This document shows positions 7,504 through 14,848 of a stretch of DNA of 18,353 nucleotides, one piece after another. Position numbers and translations under genes: made by a program. Source of the DNA: an uncultured bacterium. GTDB lineage: Bacteria > Hydrogenedentota > Hydrogenedentia > Hydrogenedentales > JAEUWI01. Numbering within the stretch: the first letter of the stretch is position 1; every line of letters starts with the position of its first letter. Below the pieces are notes generated by a model. It was not told where the DNA came from and did not search any database. It was given only the letters and a program-made list of their open reading frames with translations. Location: NCBI GenBank assembly GCA_963977445.1, contig CAXBPH010000130.1, positions 1 to 18,353 on the forward strand, written 5' to 3'.

Positions 7504-8469
7504 ATGAAATTAGGATTGCTGACCTGCATGTTCGGCGACAAGCCCTTGAAAGAAGTCCTGGAGCTCATCAAGCCCCTGGGTCTCGACACCGTCGAACTTG
7601 GTGCCGGTGGTTACCCCGGTGATGCCCACGCGCCCACCAAGGAGCTCCTGGCCTCCAAGCCCAAGCGCGAAGAACTCCTTGCCATGATTAAGGGCGAAGG
7701 CCTGGAAATCAGTGCCCTGAGTTGCCATGGCAATTCCCTGCACCCCAACAAGGCTCTCGCGAAGGAATTTCAGAAGGCTCAGTCCGATACCATCAAGCTC
7801 GCTGGCTTGCTCGGTGTGAAGACCATCAACGACTTTTCGGGCTGCCCCGGTTCCGACAAGAAGGCCGAACAGCCCAACTGGGTGACCTGCGCCTGGCCAC
7901 CAGACTACCTCGAAATCCTCGACTACCAGTGGAACGAGGTCGTTATTCCTTATTGGACCAAGCAGGCGAAGTTCGCCAAGGACAATGGCGTGCGGGTAGC
8001 TTTCGAAGCCCACCCCGGTTTCGTGGTTTACAATACGGAAACCCTGTTGAAGATCCGTAAAGCGTGCGGCAATAACCTCGGTGCCAATTTCGACCCCAGC
8101 CACTTCTTCTGGCAGGGTATCGAGCCCATCGAATCCGTCAAGGCTCTCGGCGGCAACGCCATCTTCCACGTCCATGCGAAGGACTCCAAGGTCGACCCCG
8201 TCAACAGTTCCATCAACGGCGTCCTCGACACCAAGCATTATGGTGACGAAGCCAATCGCAGCTGGGTCTTCCGCACCTGTGGCTATGGCCACAGCCTGGA
8301 GTGGTGGAAAGACTTTTTCACCGCACTTACCTTGGCGGGCTACGATGGTCCCGTCAGCATTGAACACGAAGATGCGCGTATGTCCAGCCAGGAAGGCCTC
8401 ACCAAGGCCGTCGAATTCCTCAAGCAGTGCATCATCCGCGACAAACCCGGTGCGATGCACTGGGCGTAA
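7504..8469 (+). CDS. sugar phosphate isomerase/epimerase family (xylose-isomerase-like TIM barrel)
   Basis: MKLGLLT, VELGAGGYPGDAH, ISALSCHGN, FEAHPG, NFDPSH, HVHAKD, W.FRT.GYGH, SIEHED metal ligands. AAGGAG at 7491-7496 favours ATG 7504 over 7498. Confidence 0.92.
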   Translation: MKLGLLTCMFGDKPLKEVLELIKPLGLDTVELGAGGYPGDAHAPTKELLASKPKREELLAMIKGEGLEISALSCHGNSLHPNKALAKEFQKAQSDTIKLAGLLGVKTINDFSGCPGSDKKAEQPNWVTCAWPPDYLEILDYQWNEVVIPYWTKQAKFAKDNGVRVAFEAHPGFVVYNTETLLKIRKACGNNLGANFDPSHFFWQGIEPIESVKALGGNAIFHVHAKDSKVDPVNSSINGVLDTKHYGDEANRSWVFRTCGYGHSLEWWKDFFTALTLAGYDGPVSIEHEDARMSSQEGLTKAVEFLKQCIIRDKPGAMHWA

Positions 8470-8494
8470 GCCAACTATCCCTATAGACTAGCTC

Positions 8495-8527
8495 AAGGAG
8501 CACGGCATCGGCCGTGCTCCTTTTTTC
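8495..8527 (+). terminator. rho-independent terminator
   Basis: AAGGAGCACGGC-atcg-GCCGTGCTCCTT followed by a T-run, 25 nt after the isomerase stop. Confidence 0.9.
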
Positions 8528-8652
8528 TGAAGTTTCAGGCCGGCGTATCGGGTGCGCTATCTCCAGATACCAATCCCGGCGGGGTGTATACTGAAGATAC
8601 GTGCCCGTTGGATGGGGGCCGGACGCGACGAAACACGTCAGGGAGGCGAAGG

Positions 8653-9357
8653 ATGAAAAGGAGACGACGTTGGCTGCGGAATGGCTGTCTACTCGGCGTT
8701 CTTGTGCTCGTCGCCGTGTATTCCATCCATACTGCCCGTAGTGTCGTCGCCGAGTTTTTCCTTGTTGATTGTTCTGCTCTCGGAAGATCTGCGGGGTTGA
8801 GTCTCCAATTATATGCCTATGAATCGGAGGGGAGGTTTTTCCCACCACTGCGTAACCGGCAAGCCCCATTAACGGTAGACTCGAAATATTTGGTCCCTGC
8901 GTATTCGAGCGAGGAGAATTTTCATCAGACGTTCCGCTATCACGGGGTTAGCTCCGCCACCGGACAAGATTTCTACTATCTGGGTTACGCGGTCGAGAAC
9001 GAAGAAGAGATGGCGGCATTTGCTGCGGCATACGAACTAAGACGCGCTGAGGGCGGGGAGTTTACGGGAGACTTATCGGTGCCAACAGATAGGGAAGGCC
9101 ATGGGGGTCGTACAATCAAACGCTTGACCAAGCACACCGCCGAATCACGATCCATGGTGCCCCTTCTCATTGAGAAGTCTGGCCACTACCATCGTCCTGG
9201 CGGCTACGTTGTCTACACCGACGGTGCTGTGGAGTTTATCGTGTATCCTGGCAAATGGCCGATGAGCAAGGCGACGATGGATAGGTTGAAGACGCTCGAA
9301 GAGGTGATTTCAGTGAGCACGGCGTCGTCGGGCGAAATCGTTACGATGATTCCGTGA
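8653..9357 (+). CDS. DUF1559-like / H-X9-DG motif membrane-anchored protein
   Basis: GGAGG RBS. Basic N-terminus plus a TM segment, C...GLSLQLYAYES..FPPL, and C-terminal H-RPGGYVVYT-DG (exact H-X9-DG) followed by VEFIVYPGKWPM. Confidence 0.65.
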   Translation: MKRRRRWLRNGCLLGVLVLVAVYSIHTARSVVAEFFLVDCSALGRSAGLSLQLYAYESEGRFFPPLRNRQAPLTVDSKYLVPAYSSEENFHQTFRYHGVSSATGQDFYYLGYAVENEEEMAAFAAAYELRRAEGGEFTGDLSVPTDREGHGGRTIKRLTKHTAESRSMVPLLIEKSGHYHRPGGYVVYTDGAVEFIVYPGKWPMSKATMDRLKTLEEVISVSTASSGEIVTMIP

Positions 9358-9955
9358 TACGATCGACTTCCCGCTGGTAACAGTCGGGGCAGTAGCTGTG
9401 GGTAAAATCGGCCTGGGTGTGTTGGCTGATGTAGGCTTCCACCACATGCCAGAAGCCCTCATCGTCCCTTATTTTCTTACATTCTGCACAAATAGGAACC
9501 AAGCCGCGTAGCGTCTCGATATCATTGAGCGCTGTCTGCAACTGCTCAATGAGCGCGTCTTTCTCTGCTTCCCGTTCACGAACGGTACGTCGAAGCCGGG
9601 ACCGCTCGAGGGCATTTTGTACCGCCCGGCTGAGGTCCGATTCCCGCAAGTCGCTCTTCGTGAGATAGTCATCCGCACCGACTTGTAACGCTTTTACCGC
9701 CAATGCCTCGCTGCCCCGCGCCGTACAGACGACAACGGGCAACTGTTGCTCTACCAACTCGGGTATGAGCAGCGTGCCTTCGCCATCGGGGAGCCGAAAG
9801 TCCAGGAGCACGCAGTCTGGCTTGCTCAGTTGAATGGAGGTGCGGGCAGCACCCAAGGTGTCTGCAAACTGAATCGTGTAATCTTGACCGAGTAAACGCT
9901 CAATCGATTCTCGAAATACGTCATCGTCCTCTACAACTAATATTTTCACAGCCAT
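9341..9955 (-). CDS. response regulator: REC + coiled coil + C-terminal Cys/His-rich domain
   Basis: ILVVEDD, LLDFRLPDG, TARG, DYLTK receiver motifs. Tail LVPICAECKKIRDDEGFW..VEAYI..H....FTHSYCPDC. Confidence 0.9.
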   Translation of the reverse strand: MAVKILVVEDDDVFRESIERLLGQDYTIQFADTLGAARTSIQLSKPDCVLLDFRLPDGEGTLLIPELVEQQLPVVVCTARGSEALAVKALQVGADDYLTKSDLRESDLSRAVQNALERSRLRRTVREREAEKDALIEQLQTALNDIETLRGLVPICAECKKIRDDEGFWHVVEAYISQHTQADFTHSYCPDCYQREVDRITESS

Positions 9956-9966
9956 ACGTTGACCCC

Positions 9967-10377
9967 TTATCTAAATGTCACGATGCTGCAGTAATGACTC
10001 AGCATTCGCGTAGAATTGTCGAAATTTGCGTCCAATCCAGATTTCAGCAGATAGCCTGCAATCTGGAATTCATAGGCTTCCCGTCGGTCCGCCTCATTAC
10101 TTGAGGTCGTTAATACAAAAACGACGATATGTTTTAGCTTTGGATTGCCTCTGAGTTCTTTCAGAAATTCCAACCCACTCATCCGGGGTAACTTTAAATC
10201 CAGCAGAATGATAAAGGGCTCCGCCATGGGCGGCGGGGTCGTGCCACGTAATATGTCGAGGGCTTCGAGGCCGTCGGAAGCCCGGCGTACCGGGAAAGGT
10301 ACCTCAGCCTTGCTCAGGGCGCGACATACCCGCTCGGCCTCTACATCATCATCTTCTATGAGCAATACAGATACCAT
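9967..10377 (-). CDS. single-domain response regulator (Rcp1-like)
   Basis: VLLIEDD, DGLEAL, ILLDLKLPRMSGLEFLKELR, VFVLTTSS..DR..AY, GYLLK. AGGAGA RBS supports start 10377. Confidence 0.9.
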   Translation of the reverse strand: MVSVLLIEDDDVEAERVCRALSKAEVPFPVRRASDGLEALDILRGTTPPPMAEPFIILLDLKLPRMSGLEFLKELRGNPKLKHIVVFVLTTSSNEADRREAYEFQIAGYLLKSGLDANFDNSTRMLSHYCSIVTFR

Positions 10378-10517
10378 GCTTCTCCTGTCCCTACACGAAA
10401 TTAAGCGCCTCGTCCGAAACCGGATGTGTGCCCCTCCGAAATTTGGGCATATTTGGGTCAAATTCACCCAATTCGTGGCGATGTCGGCGCATAGGCCATT
10501 CTAATCACGTAATGGGA

Positions 10518-12020
10518 TTATACCCGAGAATCGATGGGCCAGGTAAATTCAAAGGTAGTTCCCTCACCGATCGTGGACGTAACCTGGATGGTCCCACCAC
10601 AGGCACCCAGTAATTTCTTAACAATGGCCAGGCCCATGCCACTGCCTTCTACCTTATCCCGGGGCTTCAATGTTTCGAATAACATGAATATTTTGTCGTG
10701 AAAATCGGGCGCGATCCCGGGGCCGTCGTCGGCGATGCGGAACACATAGTGGGTCGGCGAGGTCTCGCAACTGACCGTGATAGCACCATCCTCCCGATCG
10801 TGGTGCTTAATGGCATTTCCGATTAAGTTTAAGAATACCCGCCGGAGGGGCGTCTCGGCCGTCGTGAGCTGGGGGAGATCGTCTTGAATGTGAAAGTTAA
10901 ATTCTTTCGGCGGGTGCAGGGAATTTACGACTTCTTCTACCAATTCGTGGACATTTACCGGGTCCAGTGTCGTTTCCAGACGCCCGGCCCGTGAGTAGGC
11001 CAACAAATCATCCAGCAGTACTTTGAGGCGGGAGGCCCGCTGCTGGATCTGCTGCAGGTGGCGCTGAGAGGCTTCGGGCAGCAGGGCTGCCGCGTCTTCC
11101 TGGACCCAGCCCGCCAGGCTTTGTATGCCTTCAAGTGGCGTGCGAAGGTCGTGGGAGGCCACATAGGCGTATTCGTCGAGTTCCTGATTGCTGCGCTCTA
11201 ATTCGGCGGTATAGCGCGCCAGCGTCTCCTCCGCTTTTTTGCGCTCTGTAATATCGACGATAGTCGCCAGGACCAGGGTTCCTTCGTCGGATTCGATGGG
11301 ATTCAGGCCGATTTCTACGGGTATTTCTGTGCCATCCTTGCACTGACCGTAGAGGTCCCGTCCCCGTCCCATCGGGCGGGTTTCCGGTGCGGCCAGAAAC
11401 GCGTCACGATAGGCGGGGTGCGGTCCGTGGAGGTGAGCAGGTACCAGCACTTCAATATCCTGCCCCACCAATTCTCCCTGTTCATAGCCAAAAATAGTGT
11501 TACATACTGGGTTGGTGAGCACGATCTTGCCCTTATCATTCACGATTACAATGCCATTCGGAACGGATTCAATAACTTTGCGCAGTCGCTCCTCCGATTT
11601 CGTGATCGCTTCCAACGCCTTGTTCAATTCTGCGTTGACCGCTCCGAGTCCGGGCAATGACAAGGCTTTTGGGATGACCGGTATGAGGGCGAACACCGTG
11701 GCCCAGGACACAATGGCGGTAATAAGCTTAACAATCCCCGAAAGCCGATAACTGGGCCACCAGAAGATACCGGCATCCAGCAGGTGGGTCGTTCCACAAG
11801 AAAAAATAAACGCAGCGAAGAGCCAAAAGACAGGAAGGAAAGGGATATCTTTGCGTTTCAGGATGAAATAGGTCAACGTCGCTGGAATGGCCATGTAGGC
11901 ACCCCAGATCGCGGTATCGGAAATTATATGGAGCCAGCCATGACCTTCGCTCCAATTGCCACAATACCAACGGGCGGGGAAATCAGATGTATCGAACAGT
12001 TTCTCAAAAAACTCGACCAC
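10518..12020 (-). CDS. sensor histidine kinase with ETR1-type ethylene-binding domain, PAS, HisKA and HATPase domains
   Basis: Three-TM N-terminus SDTAIWGAYMAIP...FAAFIFSCGTTH. PAS-PAC. H-box AYVASHDLRTPL, N-box NLIGNAIKHH, G1 DDGPGI, G2 GSGMGL. GTG start with GGGAGA RBS. Confidence 0.92.
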   Translation of the reverse strand: MVEFFEKLFDTSDFPARWYCGNWSEGHGWLHIISDTAIWGAYMAIPATLTYFILKRKDIPFLPVFWLFAAFIFSCGTTHLLDAGIFWWPSYRLSGIVKLITAIVSWATVFALIPVIPKALSLPGLGAVNAELNKALEAITKSEERLRKVIESVPNGIVIVNDKGKIVLTNPVCNTIFGYEQGELVGQDIEVLVPAHLHGPHPAYRDAFLAAPETRPMGRGRDLYGQCKDGTEIPVEIGLNPIESDEGTLVLATIVDITERKKAEETLARYTAELERSNQELDEYAYVASHDLRTPLEGIQSLAGWVQEDAAALLPEASQRHLQQIQQRASRLKVLLDDLLAYSRAGRLETTLDPVNVHELVEEVVNSLHPPKEFNFHIQDDLPQLTTAETPLRRVFLNLIGNAIKHHDREDGAITVSCETSPTHYVFRIADDGPGIAPDFHDKIFMLFETLKPRDKVEGSGMGLAIVKKLLGACGGTIQVTSTIGEGTTFEFTWPIDSRV

Positions 12021-12166
12021 GGTACAGTCTCCCGAAACTGGGTAAAATACGATTCGGGAACTGGGGGAAGAAGATCCCCATTGCGCCGAAAGCCTGTCGA
12101 CGCATCTCCCGTTGTCCTTTACAGCCCATCTGCTCTGAGCCTATGGCCTGTGAAGACACACCTCAA

Positions 12167-12200
12167 TGTAGAGTCTACACCACTTGCAGGCGATTGCCAA
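12167..12200 (-). promoter_or_regulatory. candidate sigma70 promoter of the kinase operon with a palindrome over the -10
   Basis: Minus strand TTGGCA (12200-12195), 17 nt, TAGACT (12177-12172). Dyad TGTAGA-G-TCTACA at 12167-12179. Confidence 0.5.
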
Positions 12201-12221
12201 CCGGTGGGCGGGCAGACTGTC

Positions 12222-13784
12222 TTAGGCGTCGTGGTGCCGCATACGATCCAATACGTTGCGTGTAATTTGTTGTGCCCGCGGGTCGGGGCCCTGGGGCTCG
12301 GTATAGGTCGCCGGCCGAATGTAGCCCGGAGGCTCGGCGAGTCCATCGGCCCACCAGATTGTCGCGGCATTGAACACAATGTTGCCCTTTTTCCCGGGGT
12401 AAACCGTCGCTGCGTAGGTTCCTTCTGCGCTGCCCGTAGAGGCCGTGCCCGTGGCGACGACGCGAAGCCCGGGAATGTCTGCCGGGGCACCGTGCCACTC
12501 GAAGCCCACGAGTCCCGGAATGGCGTCCCCATTCTTCATGCCCGTACCATCGAAAATCCAGTGATCCTCGGCGCTACAGGTCCAGTCAGCGCCGCCGGAT
12601 ACGGGGTAGATATCCCGGCCACCAATCATGAGGGCCTGATCCGGTCCTTTGTGGGGCAGGGTAGCCACGGCGGGATACTTCTCACAGAGCACCTCGTCGA
12701 TGGGGCCGAAATGGTCAACCCGCGTGATGTGGCGGTGGGTGTGCCCGTTGCTATCCGACAGCAGGTCAATCATGCCCCAGCAGGTGTCCCCGGAAAAAAA
12801 GCCAGCACTCATCCCGTCGTTGATAGCCGCCATGACGTTGTCATACATGGTCCGGGTCCAGTATTCGTCGTGGCCCAGGGAAAGAAAGCCCTTTACACGT
12901 CGCAGGCCGGGTCCGTCGGCGTGGGTATCCAGATTGGAGGCATAGGTGACATCGTAGCCCTCTTGCTCCAGCCAATAGACCATGGGAAATTCCCACAGCA
13001 TAAACTCGCCCGATCCGATGGAGAGGGGGGTATCGACTACCTGACAATACTTGCCGTAGGGCCGATTGAAGCTGGTCGCCGTGCCTGCACCCAGGTACCA
13101 TTCGGAATTTCCATCGTCATAGAGGGCAAATTGATCGGGCCAGCGGTTGTAGGCATTCCACGTGGTATCGCTGCATTGAAACATGAAATCGGCACGACGA
13201 TCATCGCGAACGATAAAGATGACGTAACTCTGGAGGCCGTCTTTCTGCTCCGTCAGTTTTCCGACGTAAACACCACTTACCCAGTCTTCGGGAATGGTCA
13301 AGGTCGTGCTCGGCTCCCAGGCACAATCCCGGAGGCGCATATCGCCCACGTCGGGGTCGGGTTGGGTCTCACCACTAAATTCGCCGAGGCTCGTCATGTG
13401 ACGTCCACCCTTGCCGCCGTAGAAGCCCATACGGAAGATTTCCACGGTGAACGGTGCGGGCGGGTTGGTGGAGACCATGATAGATAGAGGTTCACCCGGC
13501 CGAACGGACGTGGCGCTGCAGTAACCTTCGATACGTGGACTGCGATATCGTGTGTCCGGGTCGATATGGGTCTTCGTCAGCAGCCATGCTGTGGTGCCTG
13601 TGATGGCGTTTTCTTTCTGGATTGCATTCAGGGTGGGCTGGGTGTCGGAAGTCGCTCCTGAAGCCTCGCTGGCGCCGCCAGTGACACCGAGCATACCGAG
13701 CCCCAACGCAGCGCCCTTCAACAGGTCTCGACGGCCCAGACCGTGGGGGAGAGGTGATTCAGCATCGGTGGGTGGTGGGGTCAT
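12222..13784 (-). CDS. Tat-exported N,N-dimethylformamidase beta-subunit-like protein (DUF6605-type)
   Basis: GRRDLLKG twin-arginine signal plus h-region. IEGY...SVRPGE, EIFRMGFYGG.GGR, W.SGVY..KL, TWNAYN.W, SFNRPY, WLEQEGYDVTY, GHDEYW. Confidence 0.8.
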   Translation of the reverse strand: MTPPPTDAESPLPHGLGRRDLLKGAALGLGMLGVTGGASEASGATSDTQPTLNAIQKENAITGTTAWLLTKTHIDPDTRYRSPRIEGYCSATSVRPGEPLSIMVSTNPPAPFTVEIFRMGFYGGKGGRHMTSLGEFSGETQPDPDVGDMRLRDCAWEPSTTLTIPEDWVSGVYVGKLTEQKDGLQSYVIFIVRDDRRADFMFQCSDTTWNAYNRWPDQFALYDDGNSEWYLGAGTATSFNRPYGKYCQVVDTPLSIGSGEFMLWEFPMVYWLEQEGYDVTYASNLDTHADGPGLRRVKGFLSLGHDEYWTRTMYDNVMAAINDGMSAGFFSGDTCWGMIDLLSDSNGHTHRHITRVDHFGPIDEVLCEKYPAVATLPHKGPDQALMIGGRDIYPVSGGADWTCSAEDHWIFDGTGMKNGDAIPGLVGFEWHGAPADIPGLRVVATGTASTGSAEGTYAATVYPGKKGNIVFNAATIWWADGLAEPPGYIRPATYTEPQGPDPRAQQITRNVLDRMRHHDA

Positions 13785-13869
13785 GGATACGGTCCTTTTG
13801 TTGAGTCGAGCTATCCTACCTCAGGTCGAGGCGCTTATCCCAGCGTGACGATTCTACGGGACCGTGCAC

Positions 13870-13899
13870 AAAAAAACCTGTGTCCAGGGGGACACAGGT
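13870..13899 (-). terminator. rho-independent terminator after yebC
   Basis: ACCTGTGTCC-aggg-GGACACAGGT 10-bp stem with an A7 run at 13870-13876 (U-tract on the minus strand). Confidence 0.85.
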
Positions 13900-13925
13900 A
13901 AGGAATTTCGCGTGTTGATATTTTA

Positions 13926-14678
13926 TCAGTCGGCCATTGCGGCTTCCATGGCCTCGTCGGTCAACTCGACATTATTAAAGACTTCCTGGATGTCTTCATC
14001 GTCATCCAGCATATCCATGAGGGTTAACATCGTCTTCAAGGCCTTACCGTCCAGCTCTACCGTCGTCTTGGGAACCATGGTGAGCTTGGCTTCTTTGGGC
14101 ACGATACCCATCGCCTCCAGGGCACTGGCTACATTGTGAAGCTCGGTATTCTCGGTGGTGATGTCGTAGGTCTCGCCTTCCATGTCTACATCTTCGGCCC
14201 CCGCTTCGGTGGCTTTTTCAAAGATGGTATCGTCGTCGAGGCCCTCTTTTTCAACAACAATGAGACCCTTCTGTTCGAAGTTCCAACTTACCGCGTTGGA
14301 TTCCGCCATACTGCCGCCATACTTGGCCAGCAGGTGGCGCACGTTGGCCACGGTACGATTTTTGTTATCCGTGAGGGTGTCGATGATGAGGCCGGCACCG
14401 GCAGGGCCGTAGCCTTCATATCGCTGGGATTCGTAGGTAACCCCTTCGATTTCGCCGGTACCTTTTGCGATGGCCCGGGCAATATTGTCCTTGGGCATAT
14501 TTTCCGCCTTGGCCGCCAGCAAGACGGTGCGCAATCGGGGATTCATATCGGGATCGCCACCACCCATTCGGGCCGCTACCGAGATTTCCTTGGCGAGCTT
14601 GGAAAAGATTTTACCCCGTTTCGCATCGAGAGCACCCTTCTTACGCTTGATGGTGCTCCATTTAGAGTGACCGGACAT
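13926..14678 (-). CDS. yebC: YebC/PmpR (TACO1) family protein
   Basis: MSGHSKWSTIKRKKG..DAKRGKIFSKL, NPRLR, MPKDNI.RAI, YEGYGP.G, TDNKNRT. Start set at the family-typical MSGHS. Confidence 0.96.
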   Translation of the reverse strand: MSGHSKWSTIKRKKGALDAKRGKIFSKLAKEISVAARMGGGDPDMNPRLRTVLLAAKAENMPKDNIARAIAKGTGEIEGVTYESQRYEGYGPAGAGLIIDTLTDNKNRTVANVRHLLAKYGGSMAESNAVSWNFEQKGLIVVEKEGLDDDTIFEKATEAGAEDVDMEGETYDITTENTELHNVASALEAMGIVPKEAKLTMVPKTTVELDGKALKTMLTLMDMLDDDEDIQEVFNNVELTDEAMEAAMAD

Positions 14679-14728
14679 GTATCGCAATCTCCATATGAAC
14701 AGATTCGTGCCGAGAAATAGACCGCTGG

Positions 14729-14758
14729 ATTGTAGCAGAGCACAGAGATTTTGTGCAA
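14729..14758 (-). promoter_or_regulatory. sigma70-type promoter of yebC
   Basis: Minus strand TTGCAC (14758-14753), 18 nt, TACAAT (14734-14729) with a TGn extended -10. Confidence 0.55.
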
Positions 14759-14794
14759 AGGTCAATCAGGCGAACTTTTTCCTTAAAATGCAAT

Positions 14795-14825
14795 AGAAAA
14801 CGCGATTCCCAGAGGAATCGCGTTT
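14795..14825 (-). terminator. terminator-like hairpin ending the ATPase/EIIA operon
   Basis: AAACGCGATTCC-caga-GGAATCGCGTTT 12-bp stem, T-rich tail on the minus strand, 23 nt after the EIIA stop. Confidence 0.75.
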
Positions 14826-14848
14826 GGAATGTAATTAATCAACCGAGC

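Noticed and set aside
7510..8460. 316-aa minus-strand ORF
   Set aside because: Antisense shadow of the isomerase gene.
11784..13487. 567-aa plus-strand ORF
   Set aside because: Antisense shadow of the DMFase-like gene and kinase start; no recognisable motifs.
14679..14765. N-terminal extension of yebC (and similar extensions at 5080-5283, 5774-5824, 8584-8652 and 10378-10467)
   Set aside because: Family-typical starts, most with a clear RBS, lie downstream; the yebC extension overlaps its promoter.
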